Shown piece by piece: positions 52,615 to 62,803 of a stretch of 64,000 bases of DNA. The stretch's first letter is position 1. Every line of letters starts with the position of its first letter. A model generated the notes under the pieces. That model saw nothing but the letters and a program-made list of their open reading frames with translations, did no database searches and was not told the origin of the DNA. Source of the stretch: Bacilli bacterium (GTDB taxonomy: Bacteria; Bacillota_I; Bacilli_A; RF39; UBA660); the NCBI GenBank assembly GCA_017441845.1, contig JAFRVB010000008.1, forward strand, positions 110,143 to 174,142, given 5' to 3'. Position numbers and translations under genes: made by a program.

Positions 52615-55093
52615 AAATAATGTAAAAAAAAGAGTTTCTAGAGGTAAAAAAGCCGCTAAAAAGAATGTATTATTAATACCATTTATATTAATGGCTATAG
52701 CAATAATGTTATTAGTATATTTAATGTTAGGAATAGATTTCACTATATTAACAGGTCTTATTCTAGCAATTATTTTACTATTAATAAGTATGCTTAATAA
52801 TATTAGGAATAATAAACGTAGAAAGAAATTAATTAGTTTTGTACTAATAGTAATTCTAACTCTAGCAATCTTAGGAGTAGCTGGATTCTGTGCTTTTATT
52901 ATTTATATTAAGACTATTGCTGATCCTAGATTTAAAGTTAGTAAATTAAATACACCTGAGATTACTATTCTTTATGATAAAGATGATAAGATGATTACTA
53001 AATTAGGTTCAGAACAAAGAGAAAAAGTTAATTATGACGAATTACCTGAAGTATTAGTAGACGCTATTGTTGCTACTGAGGACTCAAGATTCTTCCAACA
53101 TAATGGATTTGATGCTCCACGTTTCTTAAAAGCAAGTATTGGTCAAGTAATGGGTAATGCTGATGCCGGAGGAGCTTCTACATTATCAATGCAAGTTGTT
53201 AAGAATAGTTTTACTGATGCTAAGATAGATTCTGGTGTTGCTGGAATTATTCGTAAATTTGAAGATATTTATTTATCTGTATATAAGTTAGAGAAGAAAT
53301 ATACTAAAGAAGAAATAATTGAATATTATGTTAATAACCACTTCTTAGGTGGAAATATCTATGGAGTTGAAGAAGCTGCTCAAACTTATTTTGGTAAGAG
53401 TGTTTCTGACTTAAACTTATCAGAAGCAGCAACTATAGCTGGTATGTTTAAATCACCTAACTTCTATAGACCAAATGCTAATCCTAAGAATGCTACTGCT
53501 CGTAGAGCTAGTGTGTTGTATTTAATGAAACGACATGGATATATTACTGAAGAGCAAGAGAGAATGGCTAATGCTATTCCTATGGAATCATTAACTCAAG
53601 AAAATGTTAAGAAAGATAGTAAGTATCAAGGATATATAGATACTGTAGTTGAAGAGATTAAAGATACATATGGTGTTAATCCTTATACTACTTCATTAAA
53701 GATATATACTAACTTAGATAGAAAGAAACAAGATGCTGTAGATAGAGTATTAAGTGGAAAAGCATACACTTGGAAAGACAAAAAATTAGATACTGGTGTT
53801 GCTGTATTAAATGTTGAAACTGGTGCTGTACAAGCTATTGGTGCCGGTAGACACAGAAGTAAAGCTGCTAGTACATGGAATAATGCTACAGATATTAAGA
53901 GACAACCTGGATCTACTGCTAAACCATTATTTGATTATGGACCAGGAATAGAATTTAATGATTGGTCTACTGGTAAGATGTTTAATGATGCTCCATACTC
54001 TTATTCTAATGGAACACCTATTCATAACTGGGATAATGGTTATTATGGAAATATTACTTTAAGAAGAGCATTATCTGCTTCTAGAAATATACCTGCTCTT
54101 AAAGCCTTCCAACAAGTAGATAACAAGAAAGTAATTGAATTTGTACAAAGTTTAGGTATTGAACCTGAGATAGAAAATGGTTATATCCATGAAGCACATG
54201 CGATTGGAGCCTTTACTGGAGTTAATCCATTACAAATGGCTGCTGCATATTCAGCATTTGCTAATGGTGGATATTACAATAAACCATATTCTGTAAGAAA
54301 AATTGAATTTAGATTATCTGGTAAAGTTGAAGAACATAAGAAAGACAGAAAGAAAGTTATGTCTGATGCTACTGCCTTTATGATTGCTGATGTACTTCAA
54401 GATGTTAATTTAAACGGTGGTACTCCATATAATGTTGCTGTTAAAACAGGAACTACAAACTTTGATGAAGCTACTAAAGCTAAATATGGATTACCTGGAG
54501 ATGCTATCAGAGACTCATGGGCAATTGGTTTCTCAACTAAGACTGCTATTGGTATGTGGTATGGATATGACTCAATCGATAAGAATTATGTTTCTCATAA
54601 CATTCCAGCCAGTATCGCTAAAGACCATGAATTTATCGCTTTAGTAAATGCTGGAGCTATGGAATCAAATAGAGGTACTTTCAAACAACCTAACAGTGTA
54701 TTAAAAGCTGGTGGAGAGTATTACAAGAAAGGAACTAAACCTCCAAAAACTGAAGCACCTTCTGCATTACAAGCTCCTGGAAACTTAAGAGTTTCTTATA
54801 ACCCATCAAGTCAAACATTATCATTATCATGGGGCGCAGTAAAACGTGTTAAAGATGATTCATCATATGGAGAATTTGGTTATCGTATCTATCGTAATGG
54901 TGCCTTAATTGGATGGACAACTGGAACATCTTATTCAATCTCAACTAGTGAACCTAGTGGTACATATAAAGTACAAGCTGGTTATAAAGGATATAGTGGA
55001 ATTCAGGCAGGAAGTGCGACGAATAAGTTTACTTATAAAGTCGAAGAACCTGATCCGGAACCTGAGCCTGAACCAGAACCAGAAACGCCATAA
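52604..55093 (+). CDS. ponA: Bifunctional class A penicillin-binding protein PBP1A (glycosyltransferase/transpeptidase) with FN3-like C-terminal domain and (PE)n tail
   Basis: GT51 'ATEDSRFFQHNGFD', 'GGSTLSMQVVKN'. Transpeptidase 'QPGSTAKP', 'SASRN', 'KTGTT'. C-terminal 'LRVSYNPSSQTLSLSWGAV...YRIYRNG' and 'EPDPEPEPEPEPE'. Confidence 0.92.
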   Translation: MATKNNVKKRVSRGKKAAKKNVLLIPFILMAIAIMLLVYLMLGIDFTILTGLILAIILLLISMLNNIRNNKRRKKLISFVLIVILTLAILGVAGFCAFIIYIKTIADPRFKVSKLNTPEITILYDKDDKMITKLGSEQREKVNYDELPEVLVDAIVATEDSRFFQHNGFDAPRFLKASIGQVMGNADAGGASTLSMQVVKNSFTDAKIDSGVAGIIRKFEDIYLSVYKLEKKYTKEEIIEYYVNNHFLGGNIYGVEEAAQTYFGKSVSDLNLSEAATIAGMFKSPNFYRPNANPKNATARRASVLYLMKRHGYITEEQERMANAIPMESLTQENVKKDSKYQGYIDTVVEEIKDTYGVNPYTTSLKIYTNLDRKKQDAVDRVLSGKAYTWKDKKLDTGVAVLNVETGAVQAIGAGRHRSKAASTWNNATDIKRQPGSTAKPLFDYGPGIEFNDWSTGKMFNDAPYSYSNGTPIHNWDNGYYGNITLRRALSASRNIPALKAFQQVDNKKVIEFVQSLGIEPEIENGYIHEAHAIGAFTGVNPLQMAAAYSAFANGGYYNKPYSVRKIEFRLSGKVEEHKKDRKKVMSDATAFMIADVLQDVNLNGGTPYNVAVKTGTTNFDEATKAKYGLPGDAIRDSWAIGFSTKTAIGMWYGYDSIDKNYVSHNIPASIAKDHEFIALVNAGAMESNRGTFKQPNSVLKAGGEYYKKGTKPPKTEAPSALQAPGNLRVSYNPSSQTLSLSWGAVKRVKDDSSYGEFGYRIYRNGALIGWTTGTSYSISTSEPSGTYKVQAGYKGYSGIQAGSATNKFTYKVEEPDPEPEPEPEPETP

Positions 55094-55094
55094 T

Positions 55095-55120
55095 AAAAAG
55101 GAAGTATTTACTTCCTTTTT
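55095..55120. terminator. Bidirectional terminator between convergent ponA and nth
   Basis: Perfect 12-bp stem aaaaaggaagta-tt-tacttccttttt. Confidence 0.65.
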
Positions 55121-55725
55121 TCTTTGCATAAATCTTTTAACTTACAAGTATCACATTCTGGTTTAATAGCCTTACAATGATATCTTCCAAATAATACTAA
55201 TTGTAAATGTCTCTTAGCCCATTCTTCTTTAATAAAGAACTTCTCCAACTTTTTTTCTACTTTTAACACATCATCTTTTTTAGAAGCTAGTCCTAGTCTT
55301 TTAGATACTCTTTCTACATGAGTATCTACTCCTATATAAGGATAATTATAATATTCAGCTAAAAACACATTAGCTGTTTTTCTTCCTACTCCTGGTAATT
55401 TAGTTAATAAACTATGATCTCTAGGTACTTTAGAATCATATTCATCTACTAATATTCTAGATATTTCTTTAATATATTCACTTTTCTTTCTAAAAGATCC
55501 TATACTTCTAATAATAGATTCTAAATCACTCAAATTTGCCTCTTTTAAGGCCTCTAGAGACTTATATTTATCAAATAGTATACTAGTAACCATATTAACC
55601 CTTTTATCAGTAGTTTGGGCACTTAATACTATAGATATTAATAATTCATAATCAGTATTATAATTTAATTCACATTTAGGATTAGGAAATAATTCATCTA
55701 AATAAGTATTAATCCTCTCCTTCAT
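55108..55725 (-). CDS. nth: Endonuclease III
   Basis: HhH-GPD 'LPGVGRKTANV', 'VDTHV', and a C-terminal [4Fe-4S] cluster 'CKAIKPECDTCKLKDLC'. The start is uncertain (55725 or 55743). Confidence 0.9.
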   Translation of the reverse strand: MKERINTYLDELFPNPKCELNYNTDYELLISIVLSAQTTDKRVNMVTSILFDKYKSLEALKEANLSDLESIIRSIGSFRKKSEYIKEISRILVDEYDSKVPRDHSLLTKLPGVGRKTANVFLAEYYNYPYIGVDTHVERVSKRLGLASKKDDVLKVEKKLEKFFIKEEWAKRHLQLVLFGRYHCKAIKPECDTCKLKDLCKEKRK

Positions 55726-56368
55726 CAAACCAATTCCAATCAATATCTATATCAACTTTTTCTTTATTTTTCTTACTATTATGTTTCTTCCTATTCTTTT
55801 CAACATCTTCCTTAGTCTTAATACCCAATTTACCCCATTCATATAATATCTTATCTATATATCTTAAATTAGATACTCCATTAAATACAGCCTCTTTTAA
55901 AGCTTCTCTTATTAATTCTTCACTAATATTATTATTTAACCAAGCTTTAATAATCTCATATTCCATAGAACTTAAAGTCCTACCAAACTCTTTTTCAATT
56001 AATTCATATACATTAGAATTATCTACATCTTTAGAATTAACCTTATCTTTAACAATACCCCCTAATTTAGAATAAAACCCATCTAAATTAATAATATCAA
56101 TAATATTCTTATCAACTTTCTTAGTATCAATAGATACTAATTTCTTATCACTTAAAATACCAATATAATTCATTACCTCAGTATTTTTAATATCTAAATC
56201 ATCACTAATACTTTTAGGATCAAAAATCCTATCTTTTAAACTATCTAAGTACATTAAAAATACAAATTCATCTATATTAATACCTAACTTCTTATAATTT
56301 CTCAATAAATATATAGGTATTACTACATTACCTGTCTTTAATAATTCTACTAAATTGTCATTCTTCAT
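55709..56368 (-). CDS. dnaD: DnaD-domain replication initiation/membrane attachment protein
   Basis: N-terminal winged-helix-like 'IPIYLLRNYKKLGINIDEFVFLMYL' and DnaD domain 'YELIEKEFGRTLSSMEYEIIKAWL...YIDKILYEW'. The dnaD-nth order matches Bacillus. Confidence 0.75.
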   Translation of the reverse strand: MKNDNLVELLKTGNVVIPIYLLRNYKKLGINIDEFVFLMYLDSLKDRIFDPKSISDDLDIKNTEVMNYIGILSDKKLVSIDTKKVDKNIIDIINLDGFYSKLGGIVKDKVNSKDVDNSNVYELIEKEFGRTLSSMEYEIIKAWLNNNISEELIREALKEAVFNGVSNLRYIDKILYEWGKLGIKTKEDVEKNRKKHNSKKNKEKVDIDIDWNWFDEGED

Positions 56369-56384
56369 ACCTATACACTTCCTT

Positions 56385-57476
56385 TCATTTATATTTCTTT
56401 TCTATGTACTTACAAATATCTTCTTTATTATTCTTTAATTTTCTATATAAAACATTATACTCTATATCACCAAGAATCTCATTAATATAAGAACCAGGTT
56501 CTTTACCCATCATATCAATAATATCTTGAGCAGTAATATCTAACTCTTTTCTACTTCTAATAGGTAAATTCTGATACCTAGAACTAATCTCTTTTAAATC
56601 AATACCCTTTATCTCTCCAGCTACACTATTAACATATAAACCATATTTATATAAGTTATAGGGATCTAAATTATTCTTATCTAATACAGTATTAATATTC
56701 TTAATTAAACTCTTCTCATTACTAGTAAAAGGATATTTATCTTCTACTTTTAATACTGTCCATACACCAATTAAATTATTAGCACTTTTAACATCTTTTA
56801 AATTCTCTATCTCTAATTCTTTATCTAATCCATATTTTAATAATAATCTAACTCCACGACATACATTTTTACTAGTAAATATCTTATCTAATTCTTCTTT
56901 TTTACGATAATAAGATAAATTCTTTAATAAATGCTTCTGATTATTAATAGCTTTACTTGTATTCTCTTCTATATCAAAATCTAATACTGTAGCGAATCTA
57001 ATCGCTCTAAGTATTCTAAAAGCATCTTCACTAAATTTATGATCTGGATCTCCAATACATTTAATAACTTTATTTTCAATATCTTTTCTACTACCAAGTA
57101 GATCTATAATATTACCCTTATTATCCATACATAAACTATTAACAGTAAAATCTCTTCTTATAATATCTTCATATAAATCATCAATATATTCTATTCTATC
57201 AGGTTTTCTGTTAGAAATATAACCTATTTCTTTTCGATAAGTAGTAATCTCATATCTAACATTATTAAACATAACAGTAACAGAACCATAATCTTCTTGT
57301 GGAGATACACTATCTTTAAATATTTCTCTTAAATCTTTAGGTTTAGCATTAGTAGTAACATCTATATCATTAGATTCAATACCCATAATATAGTCTCTAA
57401 CAAAACCCCCAACAATGTATGCATCAAATCCAGAATCTGTAATCATAGTAATAAGTTTTAATGCATCATTAAGCAT
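56385..57476 (-). CDS. cca: CCA-adding tRNA nucleotidyltransferase
   Basis: 'AYIVGGFVRDYIMG...DIDVTT', 'RRDFTVNS', 'DAFRILRAIRF'. I prefer the ATG at 57476 (MLNDALKL). Confidence 0.85.
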   Translation of the reverse strand: MLNDALKLITMITDSGFDAYIVGGFVRDYIMGIESNDIDVTTNAKPKDLREIFKDSVSPQEDYGSVTVMFNNVRYEITTYRKEIGYISNRKPDRIEYIDDLYEDIIRRDFTVNSLCMDNKGNIIDLLGSRKDIENKVIKCIGDPDHKFSEDAFRILRAIRFATVLDFDIEENTSKAINNQKHLLKNLSYYRKKEELDKIFTSKNVCRGVRLLLKYGLDKELEIENLKDVKSANNLIGVWTVLKVEDKYPFTSNEKSLIKNINTVLDKNNLDPYNLYKYGLYVNSVAGEIKGIDLKEISSRYQNLPIRSRKELDITAQDIIDMMGKEPGSYINEILGDIEYNVLYRKLKNNKEDICKYIEKKYK

Positions 57477-57566
57477 CCCGATCACTTCCCTAACAATATT
57501 ATACACTATAAAAGAATTTTTCCCACAAAAAAGTCCACCTAAGTGGACTCAAAATATTTATTCAAA

Positions 57567-57839
57567 TTAATTAACTGAATCTTTTAATGCACTTCCAGCT
57601 TTGAAAGTAACAGCATTTCTAGCAGCAATCTTAACAGTTTCTCCAGTTCTTGGATTTCTTCCTTCTCTTGCAGCTCTTCTAGTAACTCCAAAAGTACCAA
57701 ATCCTACAACAGGAACTCTGTCTCCTTTCTTTAATGCTCCAGTAATTGCAGCAAAAGTAGCGTCGATTGCTTTAGTAGCATCAGTCTTAGTTAATCCAGC
57801 AGCTTCAGCAACTGCTTCAACTAATTCAACTTTTTTCAT
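57567..57839 (-). CDS. hup: Nucleoid protein HU
   Basis: 'MKKVELVEAVAEAAGLTKTDATKAIDA...GFGTFGVTRRAAREGRNPRTGE', 90 aa. Confidence 0.95.
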   Translation of the reverse strand: MKKVELVEAVAEAAGLTKTDATKAIDATFAAITGALKKGDRVPVVGFGTFGVTRRAAREGRNPRTGETVKIAARNAVTFKAGSALKDSVN

Positions 57840-57966
57840 AAATATTTACCTCCCTATAGTTAAGCATTATAATACGTATGCTTACAAGTAAAATGTATCA
57901 TATTTACTATGAAAAATCAACTAATTTGTACATTTTTTACTACATTTATCAAAACTATGTCAAATT

Positions 57967-58299
57967 TTACTTCTTCAATTTATTAGAAATATCATTAAGC
58001 AAATATACAATATGTCCCATTCCAAAGAATAAGAATCCTACCATAATACCCGCAAACCATACTTCCAGCATCAAAGAAAAGTCAAATTGAGAAATACAAT
58101 TCTCACTACCATAAGTAATAGAAGGAGTACAAGTATTATAACTATTACCAAGTATTATACCAACTACAATTGCTATAAATAGAATTAAAACACCAAACTT
58201 TTGATAAATATTCAAATCATATTTTTGAACTTCATTAGTTAAAGACTTAATTCTAGGTAAATCTTTCTTTTGTTTTTCAATCTCTTCAAACATATCCAT
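57967..58299 (-). CDS. Small membrane protein (unknown)
   Basis: 110 aa with two hydrophobic helices. Its start overlaps the stop of the upstream membrane-protein gene. Confidence 0.4.
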   Translation of the reverse strand: MDMFEEIEKQKKDLPRIKSLTNEVQKYDLNIYQKFGVLILFIAIVVGIILGNSYNTCTPSITYGSENCISQFDFSLMLEVWFAGIMVGFLFFGMGHIVYLLNDISNKLKK

Positions 58300-59177
58300 T
58301 ACTCTTCACCCCCATTATTATCTTTATTTTTCTTCTTTTTCTTTTTAACAGCTTTAATCTCACTCTTATCTAAAGAAACTTCTTTATGTCCACTATCTTT
58401 ACCCATACCTTCAATCTTCTCTGTAACATCATCAATAACATTATCTATTTTATCTCTAGTATTATCAACAAAGTTATCTATCTTTTCACCATTAATACTC
58501 TCATTAACACTATTAACGATTCTATCTTTAACTTCATCAAAATTACCACTATTATCTTTATCTTTATCAATACTATCTAAATATACTGAGTATAAATAAA
58601 TATATCTACTAAAGAATATATAGTATAGAGATATAAATAAAGTTAATACAACACCACTAAATTCCCCAGAACTAATTAAATTAATAACTAAATATAAAGC
58701 ACTAAGTATAAATACTATCGCAAAATAACTACTAGCTTTAATCTCATTAAAAGGACTTCTCTCCATCTTAAACTCTTTCCATGAAACTGTTCCTCTTAAG
58801 AAAGTATGACTCATTTGAATAAATAAAGTAATATTAATTAATAATACTAAGAATAATAATAAATCAAATGAACTAATAATACTTAATAGAGATGTCATAG
58901 TAACAAAGAAATATAAAAGTATTAAGAATAAATTACAATAATTGAAATATTTCTTTCCAAACTTAAATCTAATTATTATGAAATATAAAAGTATAATTAC
59001 ATACAAAATATTAACATTCATAATATTTCTAAATAATTCCCAACCAGTTAGATTAGAAGTACTACTAATAGATTGAGAATATACTAATATTCCAAACAAT
59101 AACAATGTAACAATATTAACTACAAATCTAGGTTTATCATACCAAGATCTAACTTCTTTTTTCTCTTCTAAATTCAT
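58299..59177 (-). CDS. Polytopic membrane protein with Lys-rich C-terminal tail (unknown)
   Basis: 292 aa, about 6 TM helices, and a C-terminal soluble Asp/Asn/Lys-rich segment ending 'KKKKKKNKDNNGGEE'. Confidence 0.45.
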   Translation of the reverse strand: MNLEEKKEVRSWYDKPRFVVNIVTLLLFGILVYSQSISSTSNLTGWELFRNIMNVNILYVIILLYFIIIRFKFGKKYFNYCNLFLILLYFFVTMTSLLSIISSFDLLLFLVLLINITLFIQMSHTFLRGTVSWKEFKMERSPFNEIKASSYFAIVFILSALYLVINLISSGEFSGVVLTLFISLYYIFFSRYIYLYSVYLDSIDKDKDNSGNFDEVKDRIVNSVNESINGEKIDNFVDNTRDKIDNVIDDVTEKIEGMGKDSGHKEVSLDKSEIKAVKKKKKKNKDNNGGEE

Positions 59178-59283
59178 ATAACCACCTTCTATTTAAATTA
59201 TATCATAGAACTTTAAAAATACTTTTATAAAATTTAAAAAGATGTAAATGTATGTTATAATTACATTGATTGGAGGGATGTTT

Positions 59284-60585
59284 ATGAATTTACCTACCGT
59301 CGCAATTCTAGGAAGACCTAATGTTGGTAAAAGTACTCTATTTAATAAAATAGTAGGTAAAAAAATATCAATAATAGAAGACATTCCCGGAGTAACAAGA
59401 GACAGAATTTATGAGAAAGCAACTTATCAAAATAAATCTTTTTATCTAATAGATACTGGAGGTATAGATGCATCTAATTTAGATTTCAATGATGAAATAA
59501 AGATGCAAGCAGAATTAGCTATCGAAGAAGCAGATGTAATTATCTTCATGGTAGATGGAAAAGAAGGACTAACTTCAAATGATCTAGTGGTTAGAGATAT
59601 GTTAAGAAAGTCAAAGAAAAAAATAATAGTTGCAATAAACAAATCAGATGTTAAAGAATCAAAGAATAATCTATATGATTTCTATGAACTAGGATTTGAT
59701 GATTATATAGAAATATCTAGTATTCATAATCTAGGTTATATAGAATTAATGGATAAAGTCACAGAAGACTTTAAAGAAAAAGAATTAGTAGAAGATAATA
59801 CAACAAAAATATCAGTAATAGGAAGACCTAATGTAGGTAAATCTTCTCTAGTAAATGCCCTTCTAAATGAAGAAAGAATGGTCGTATCAGATATAGCTGG
59901 TACTACAAGAGATTCAGTAGATACAAAATTTAAATATATGAATAAAGATTATATTTTAATAGATACTGCTGGTATGAGAAAAAAGGGTAAAATATATGAA
60001 AATATAGAAAAATATTCTTTATTTAGATCAATGAAAGCAATAGAACGTTCAGATATTTGTTTATTAGTAATTAATGCTGAAGAAGGTATCAAAGAACATG
60101 ATAAACATATCGCAGGCTATGCTATCGAAGAAGGAAAAGGTCTAATCATCGTAGTAAATAAATGGGATAAATCAGAAGAATCTATCAAGGATTACAAAGA
60201 CTTAGTTAGAGCCGAATTCCAATTCGCAACATACGCCCCAGTAGTATTCTTATCTGCTTTAACTAAGAAAAGAATATCTACTCTAATGCCAGAAGTAGAA
60301 AAAGTAGAAGGATCAATTACTAAAGAAATACCTACATCACTATTAAACAATGTTGTTGGAAATGCTCAAATACTAAATCAAGCTCCTTCATATAAAGGAA
60401 AAAGATTAAGAATCTACTTTGTAAGTCAAACAGGTATTAAACCACCTAAATTTACTTTAAGAGTAAATGATAAAGGATTAGTACATTTCTCTTATGAAAG
60501 GTATATAGAAAATACTTTAAGACAAAATTTCAACCTAGAGGGAACTCCAATAATAATACAATGGAAGAATCGAGGTAATGAATAA
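59284..60585 (+). CDS. der: Ribosome-associated GTPase Der/EngA (tandem G domains + KH-like)
   Basis: Two P-loops, 'GRPNVGKST' and 'GRPNVGKSS', with 'DTGG'/'DTAG' and 'NKSD'/'NKWD'. The ATG at 59284 follows GGAGGG. Confidence 0.93.
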   Translation: MNLPTVAILGRPNVGKSTLFNKIVGKKISIIEDIPGVTRDRIYEKATYQNKSFYLIDTGGIDASNLDFNDEIKMQAELAIEEADVIIFMVDGKEGLTSNDLVVRDMLRKSKKKIIVAINKSDVKESKNNLYDFYELGFDDYIEISSIHNLGYIELMDKVTEDFKEKELVEDNTTKISVIGRPNVGKSSLVNALLNEERMVVSDIAGTTRDSVDTKFKYMNKDYILIDTAGMRKKGKIYENIEKYSLFRSMKAIERSDICLLVINAEEGIKEHDKHIAGYAIEEGKGLIIVVNKWDKSEESIKDYKDLVRAEFQFATYAPVVFLSALTKKRISTLMPEVEKVEGSITKEIPTSLLNNVVGNAQILNQAPSYKGKRLRIYFVSQTGIKPPKFTLRVNDKGLVHFSYERYIENTLRQNFNLEGTPIIIQWKNRGNE

Positions 60586-60848
60586 TGATAATAGATGGTA
60601 ATAATTTCAATTCAAATCAAAATAAATTTCAAGATAAAATGAACACTATTAAAGAAAATGGTGAACTATATAAAGATAACACAGTTAATCCCTTCGTAGA
60701 AGATGTTAATTCTATGGAATATGCCAATGCATTAGATACAAAAAACATGAAAAATAAAAGTCTTTCAATGTTAAATGAAAGACTTAAAGCAGGATTAATC
60801 ACAACAGAAGAGTTTCACAGAGAAGTAGATAAACTAAATAAGAAGTAA
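60585..60848 (+). CDS. Small hypothetical protein coupled to der
   Basis: 87 aa, hydrophilic. The ATG overlaps the der stop (TAATG). Confidence 0.4.
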   Translation: MIIDGNNFNSNQNKFQDKMNTIKENGELYKDNTVNPFVEDVNSMEYANALDTKNMKNKSLSMLNERLKAGLITTEEFHREVDKLNKK

Positions 60849-60861
60849 TCTTCTTATTTTT

Positions 60862-62703
60862 TTATACCAAAGTCATATATCCTCCTTGTGTTGTTGGTAT
60901 AGCCATACTTACATCATAAGCACCTGTAGTGAAATTAGGTAATACTGTACTTCCATAAAACATATAAGTAGAAGCAGTAACACCCGAAACAGTCCACAAC
61001 GAAGATATTTTTATTTCAGATAAAGTCGTACATTGATAAAACATATAAGACATATTTGTGACTTGTGATGTGTTCAAATTGGTTAAATCGATAGTTGTAA
61101 GCTTTGTACAACTTCTAAACATCCCTGACATATTTGCAACTTGTGAAGTATCAAAAGAAGATATATCTACACTCGATAACTTTATACAATTATAGAACAA
61201 ATTGGACATATCAGTTACTCGCGTTGTGTTAAAGGCACTTAAATCCAATTCTTCTAGAGCAGTGCATCCATAAAACATATTACTTAAACTGGTTAATCTA
61301 CTAGTATTAAATCCACTTAAATCTAAATGTTTTATTTGCCCACAACCTCTAAAAATTTCGTTCATACTTGACACTGTGCTTGTATTAAAACTACTAACAT
61401 TTAAATTTACTAAATCTACACAATTACTAAACATATTGTTCATATTTGTTACCTTAGTAGTATTAAAACTACTTAAATTTAAAGATGATAAGCTTCTTAA
61501 ATTTCTAAATGCTCTTTCCATATTAGTTACATTAGAAGTATTAAAGTTACCTACATTTAGTGATAATAAATTAACGCAACCATCAAACAAACCAAACATA
61601 GTACTGACTTTCGATGTATCAAAACTAGATATGTTTATAGTTTGTAATCTATCACAGTTATAAAAAGTTTGAGCCATAGATGACAATTTTGGTGTAGAAA
61701 AATGAGATAAATCAAGTGAGGTTAAATAATCACACCCAGAAAACATACCTTGCATCGTTTTTACCTCAGAGGTATTAAAATTACTTATATCAAAAGTGTG
61801 AAGACTTTCACAAAAACAGAACATAAAACTCATGTCTGTAACATTCGATGTATCAAACGTGCTCAAATTTAAACTTGTTATTGCATTACAATCCATAAAC
61901 ATATAGTACATTGCGTTAACCTGTGAAGTATTAAAACTACTAAAATCCAAACTTGTTAAAAGTCTACAACCAGCAAACATTGAATTCATACTTTCCACTT
62001 TTGAAGTGTTGAAATTACTAATATCAATACTCGTTAATTTTTGACAACCAGTAAACATATAAGACATATTAGTAGCATTGGAAGTATCAAAATATTCCAA
62101 GCCATTTATTGTAGACAAAGAACTATTATAATCTGTACTACTTCCATATGTATTACCTCTATACATGCGAAACATACTTGCAAAACTAGTTACTTTTGAA
62201 GTATCAAAATCATCATAAAAATTAATTGTTTCTAAATTCTTCATTCCATAAAATATATAACCAGAATCATAATTGGCCGTTACCCCGCCATCAGCCCCTA
62301 TAAAAAGTTCATAATATGTTTCATCTGGATCTGGATCATCTGGATCTGGATCATCAGGCTCATCAGATATTTCAATCAACCAAGCTAAGACTTTTCCATC
62401 GTTATTCACAGATACGTCCCAAGAAGCAACTGCATTTGCTGGTACATCTTTATCATCCCCAAAATATATGTTTTTTATATTTTCCTTATAAGCAGAATTG
62501 TGAAAGTCATCAGCAGCTGAATAATCCCAAGCCCTAATCATATTCCCCACATCTTGAACATACTCTACATCTCCTGCTATATTTAAATTTTTATTTAAAG
62601 CACCAAAACCCACACTTGTTAGTGTAGTTATCATTAATAATACAGCTATCGCTGTAGTTATGTAGAATTTATAACTATTTAAGTACTTATTTAATTGCTT
62701 CAT
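60862..62703 (-). CDS. BspA/DUF285-type leucine-rich-repeat surface protein (paralog B)
   Basis: 613 aa. It has the same leader ('ITTLTSVGFGALNKNLNIAGDVEYV') and tail ('IPTTQGGYMTLV') as paralog A. LRR units are 'FNTS.V..M..MF..C..L.SL(D/N)(L/I)S.F'. Confidence 0.85.
   Translation of the reverse strand: MKQLNKYLNSYKFYITTAIAVLLMITTLTSVGFGALNKNLNIAGDVEYVQDVGNMIRAWDYSAADDFHNSAYKENIKNIYFGDDKDVPANAVASWDVSVNNDGKVLAWLIEISDEPDDPDPDDPDPDETYYELFIGADGGVTANYDSGYIFYGMKNLETINFYDDFDTSKVTSFASMFRMYRGNTYGSSTDYNSSLSTINGLEYFDTSNATNMSYMFTGCQKLTSIDISNFNTSKVESMNSMFAGCRLLTSLDFSSFNTSQVNAMYYMFMDCNAITSLNLSTFDTSNVTDMSFMFCFCESLHTFDISNFNTSEVKTMQGMFSGCDYLTSLDLSHFSTPKLSSMAQTFYNCDRLQTINISSFDTSKVSTMFGLFDGCVNLLSLNVGNFNTSNVTNMERAFRNLRSLSSLNLSSFNTTKVTNMNNMFSNCVDLVNLNVSSFNTSTVSSMNEIFRGCGQIKHLDLSGFNTSRLTSLSNMFYGCTALEELDLSAFNTTRVTDMSNLFYNCIKLSSVDISSFDTSQVANMSGMFRSCTKLTTIDLTNLNTSQVTNMSYMFYQCTTLSEIKISSLWTVSGVTASTYMFYGSTVLPNFTTGAYDVSMAIPTTQGGYMTLV
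60981..62211 (-). repeat. Coding tandem-repeat array of LRR units in paralog B
   Basis: Periodic ~75-78 bp units, more diverged than in paralog A. Boundaries are approximate. Confidence 0.65.
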
Positions 62704-62795
62704 AGTTATAATCTCCTAGTTTAATTATAATACAGAGTATTTTTTATTTGTATAAATATACTTTAATTAATTTTTTACTTTACAAAAAAAGATGC
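62550..62795 (-). repeat. Dispersed repeat copy B: conserved promoter/5'UTR + leader-coding module of the LRR paralogs
   Basis: Near-identical to 47040..47285 (see that entry). The similarity ends at the upstream gene's terminator hairpin (atgcataagcat). Confidence 0.75.
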
Positions 62796-62803
62796 ATAAG
62801 CAT

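Noticed and set aside
54417-55166. ORFs 54417..54644, 54909..55166 and 54941..55129 near the end of ponA, and the (CCTGAA/CCAGAA)n repeat.
   Set aside because: They are off-frame or antisense reads of the PBP1A C-terminal FN3-like domain and its Pro-Glu tail. The short hexanucleotide-like repeat simply encodes 'EPDPEPEPEPEPE'.
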